The translations under genes and the position numbers were made by a program. A DNA stretch of 64,000 nt from Botryllus schlosseri (taxonomy: Eukaryota). The stretch covers positions 36,644,001 through 36,708,000 of the forward strand of contig CM119372.1 of the NCBI GenBank assembly GCA_051294905.1. Direction: 5' to 3'. Below the pieces are notes generated by a model. It saw nothing but the letters and a program-made list of their open reading frames with translations, did no database searches and was not told the DNA's origin. Position 1 is the stretch's first letter; each line of letters opens with the position of its first letter. This document shows positions 63,488 through 64,000 of the stretch, one piece after another.

Positions 63488-63940
63488 TAATAATCACCAC
63501 TCTGCCTAGTTTCAAATAGTAACTTATGTATTGATGTTTGGTTATGCTTAATTAAACGCAGTTTGACCGTTGCTGTTTGGCGAGCAGTAGGCCTATCTAT
63601 GTAGTGTACGTAGCCTATGTATTGTACGTACACCGGACAAAGATTTGAAATTTTGTACTCGTCAAATAAAACATATATCATAACCGAGCCGTTCTTTGCC
63701 GTTTCTCGTAACGGCAGCTTGCAGTATCTGTATTAAGTGGAAGGTAGAATTTTAGGTTCACTTTATCTTATTCTCATATGACTGTACTTGAAACGGGCGC
63801 CAATCGTTATTTCACAATTCTTCACTCGCCATTTATATCTGTCGCCATAGCCATCCGCTTATACACCATGTTAGCGGGGGTTGTAGGTACAATCAGGACC
63901 AAAACAGCAATTCGTCCCCCACTCCAAACGCTGGTATTGG

Positions 63941-64000
63941 TAGGGTTGTAACCAAGTCACAATGTTCCGAGTCACAAGTCAATCTCACATTTATAGTATT
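63941..64000. mobile_element. GACTC-family MITE, cut by the window edge
   Basis: TAGGGTTGTAACCAAGTCACAA...GTCAATCTCAC matches the other copies. Confidence 0.75.

Overview
This is eukaryotic, AT-rich, intron-containing DNA, most likely from an invertebrate animal; the taxon cannot be fixed from sequence alone. Only one clearly intact gene is present: ribosomal protein L24 (RPL24/eL24, + strand, 4 coding exons, 37875-48421, 153 aa), with two 4.5-5.4 kb introns filled with MITEs. Almost all the rest is transposon-derived. (1) A non-autonomous Gypsy-derived LTR element with two apparently identical 287-bp LTRs, a tRNA-Trp primer site and an ACAT target-site duplication (TSD). (2) A decayed PIF/Harbinger element. 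(3) A decayed Kolobok element (transposase plus KolX) interrupted by a 6.4-kb CACTA/EnSpm-like insertion. (4) A Penelope-like fragment whose inverted pLTRs carry a minimal hammerhead ribozyme, one copy intact and one core-mutated. (5) A THAP9/P-element-like transposase pseudogene, a LINE endonuclease fragment, an unusual hAT-like transposase fragment and tRNA-derived SINEs. (6) More than 20 hAT-type MITEs with readable 8-bp TSDs, including a stack nested at least five levels deep at 48.9-56.1 kb. Two decayed host-like genes lie on the - strand: a TSP1/EGF-type extracellular protein and a multi-pass membrane protein. Family assignments come from motif recognition by eye, not from database searches. 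I cannot claim a new biological system here. The best leads are the hammerhead pair, the young LTR element with a decayed interior, and a GNA-triloop mini-hairpin shared across unrelated MITEs.
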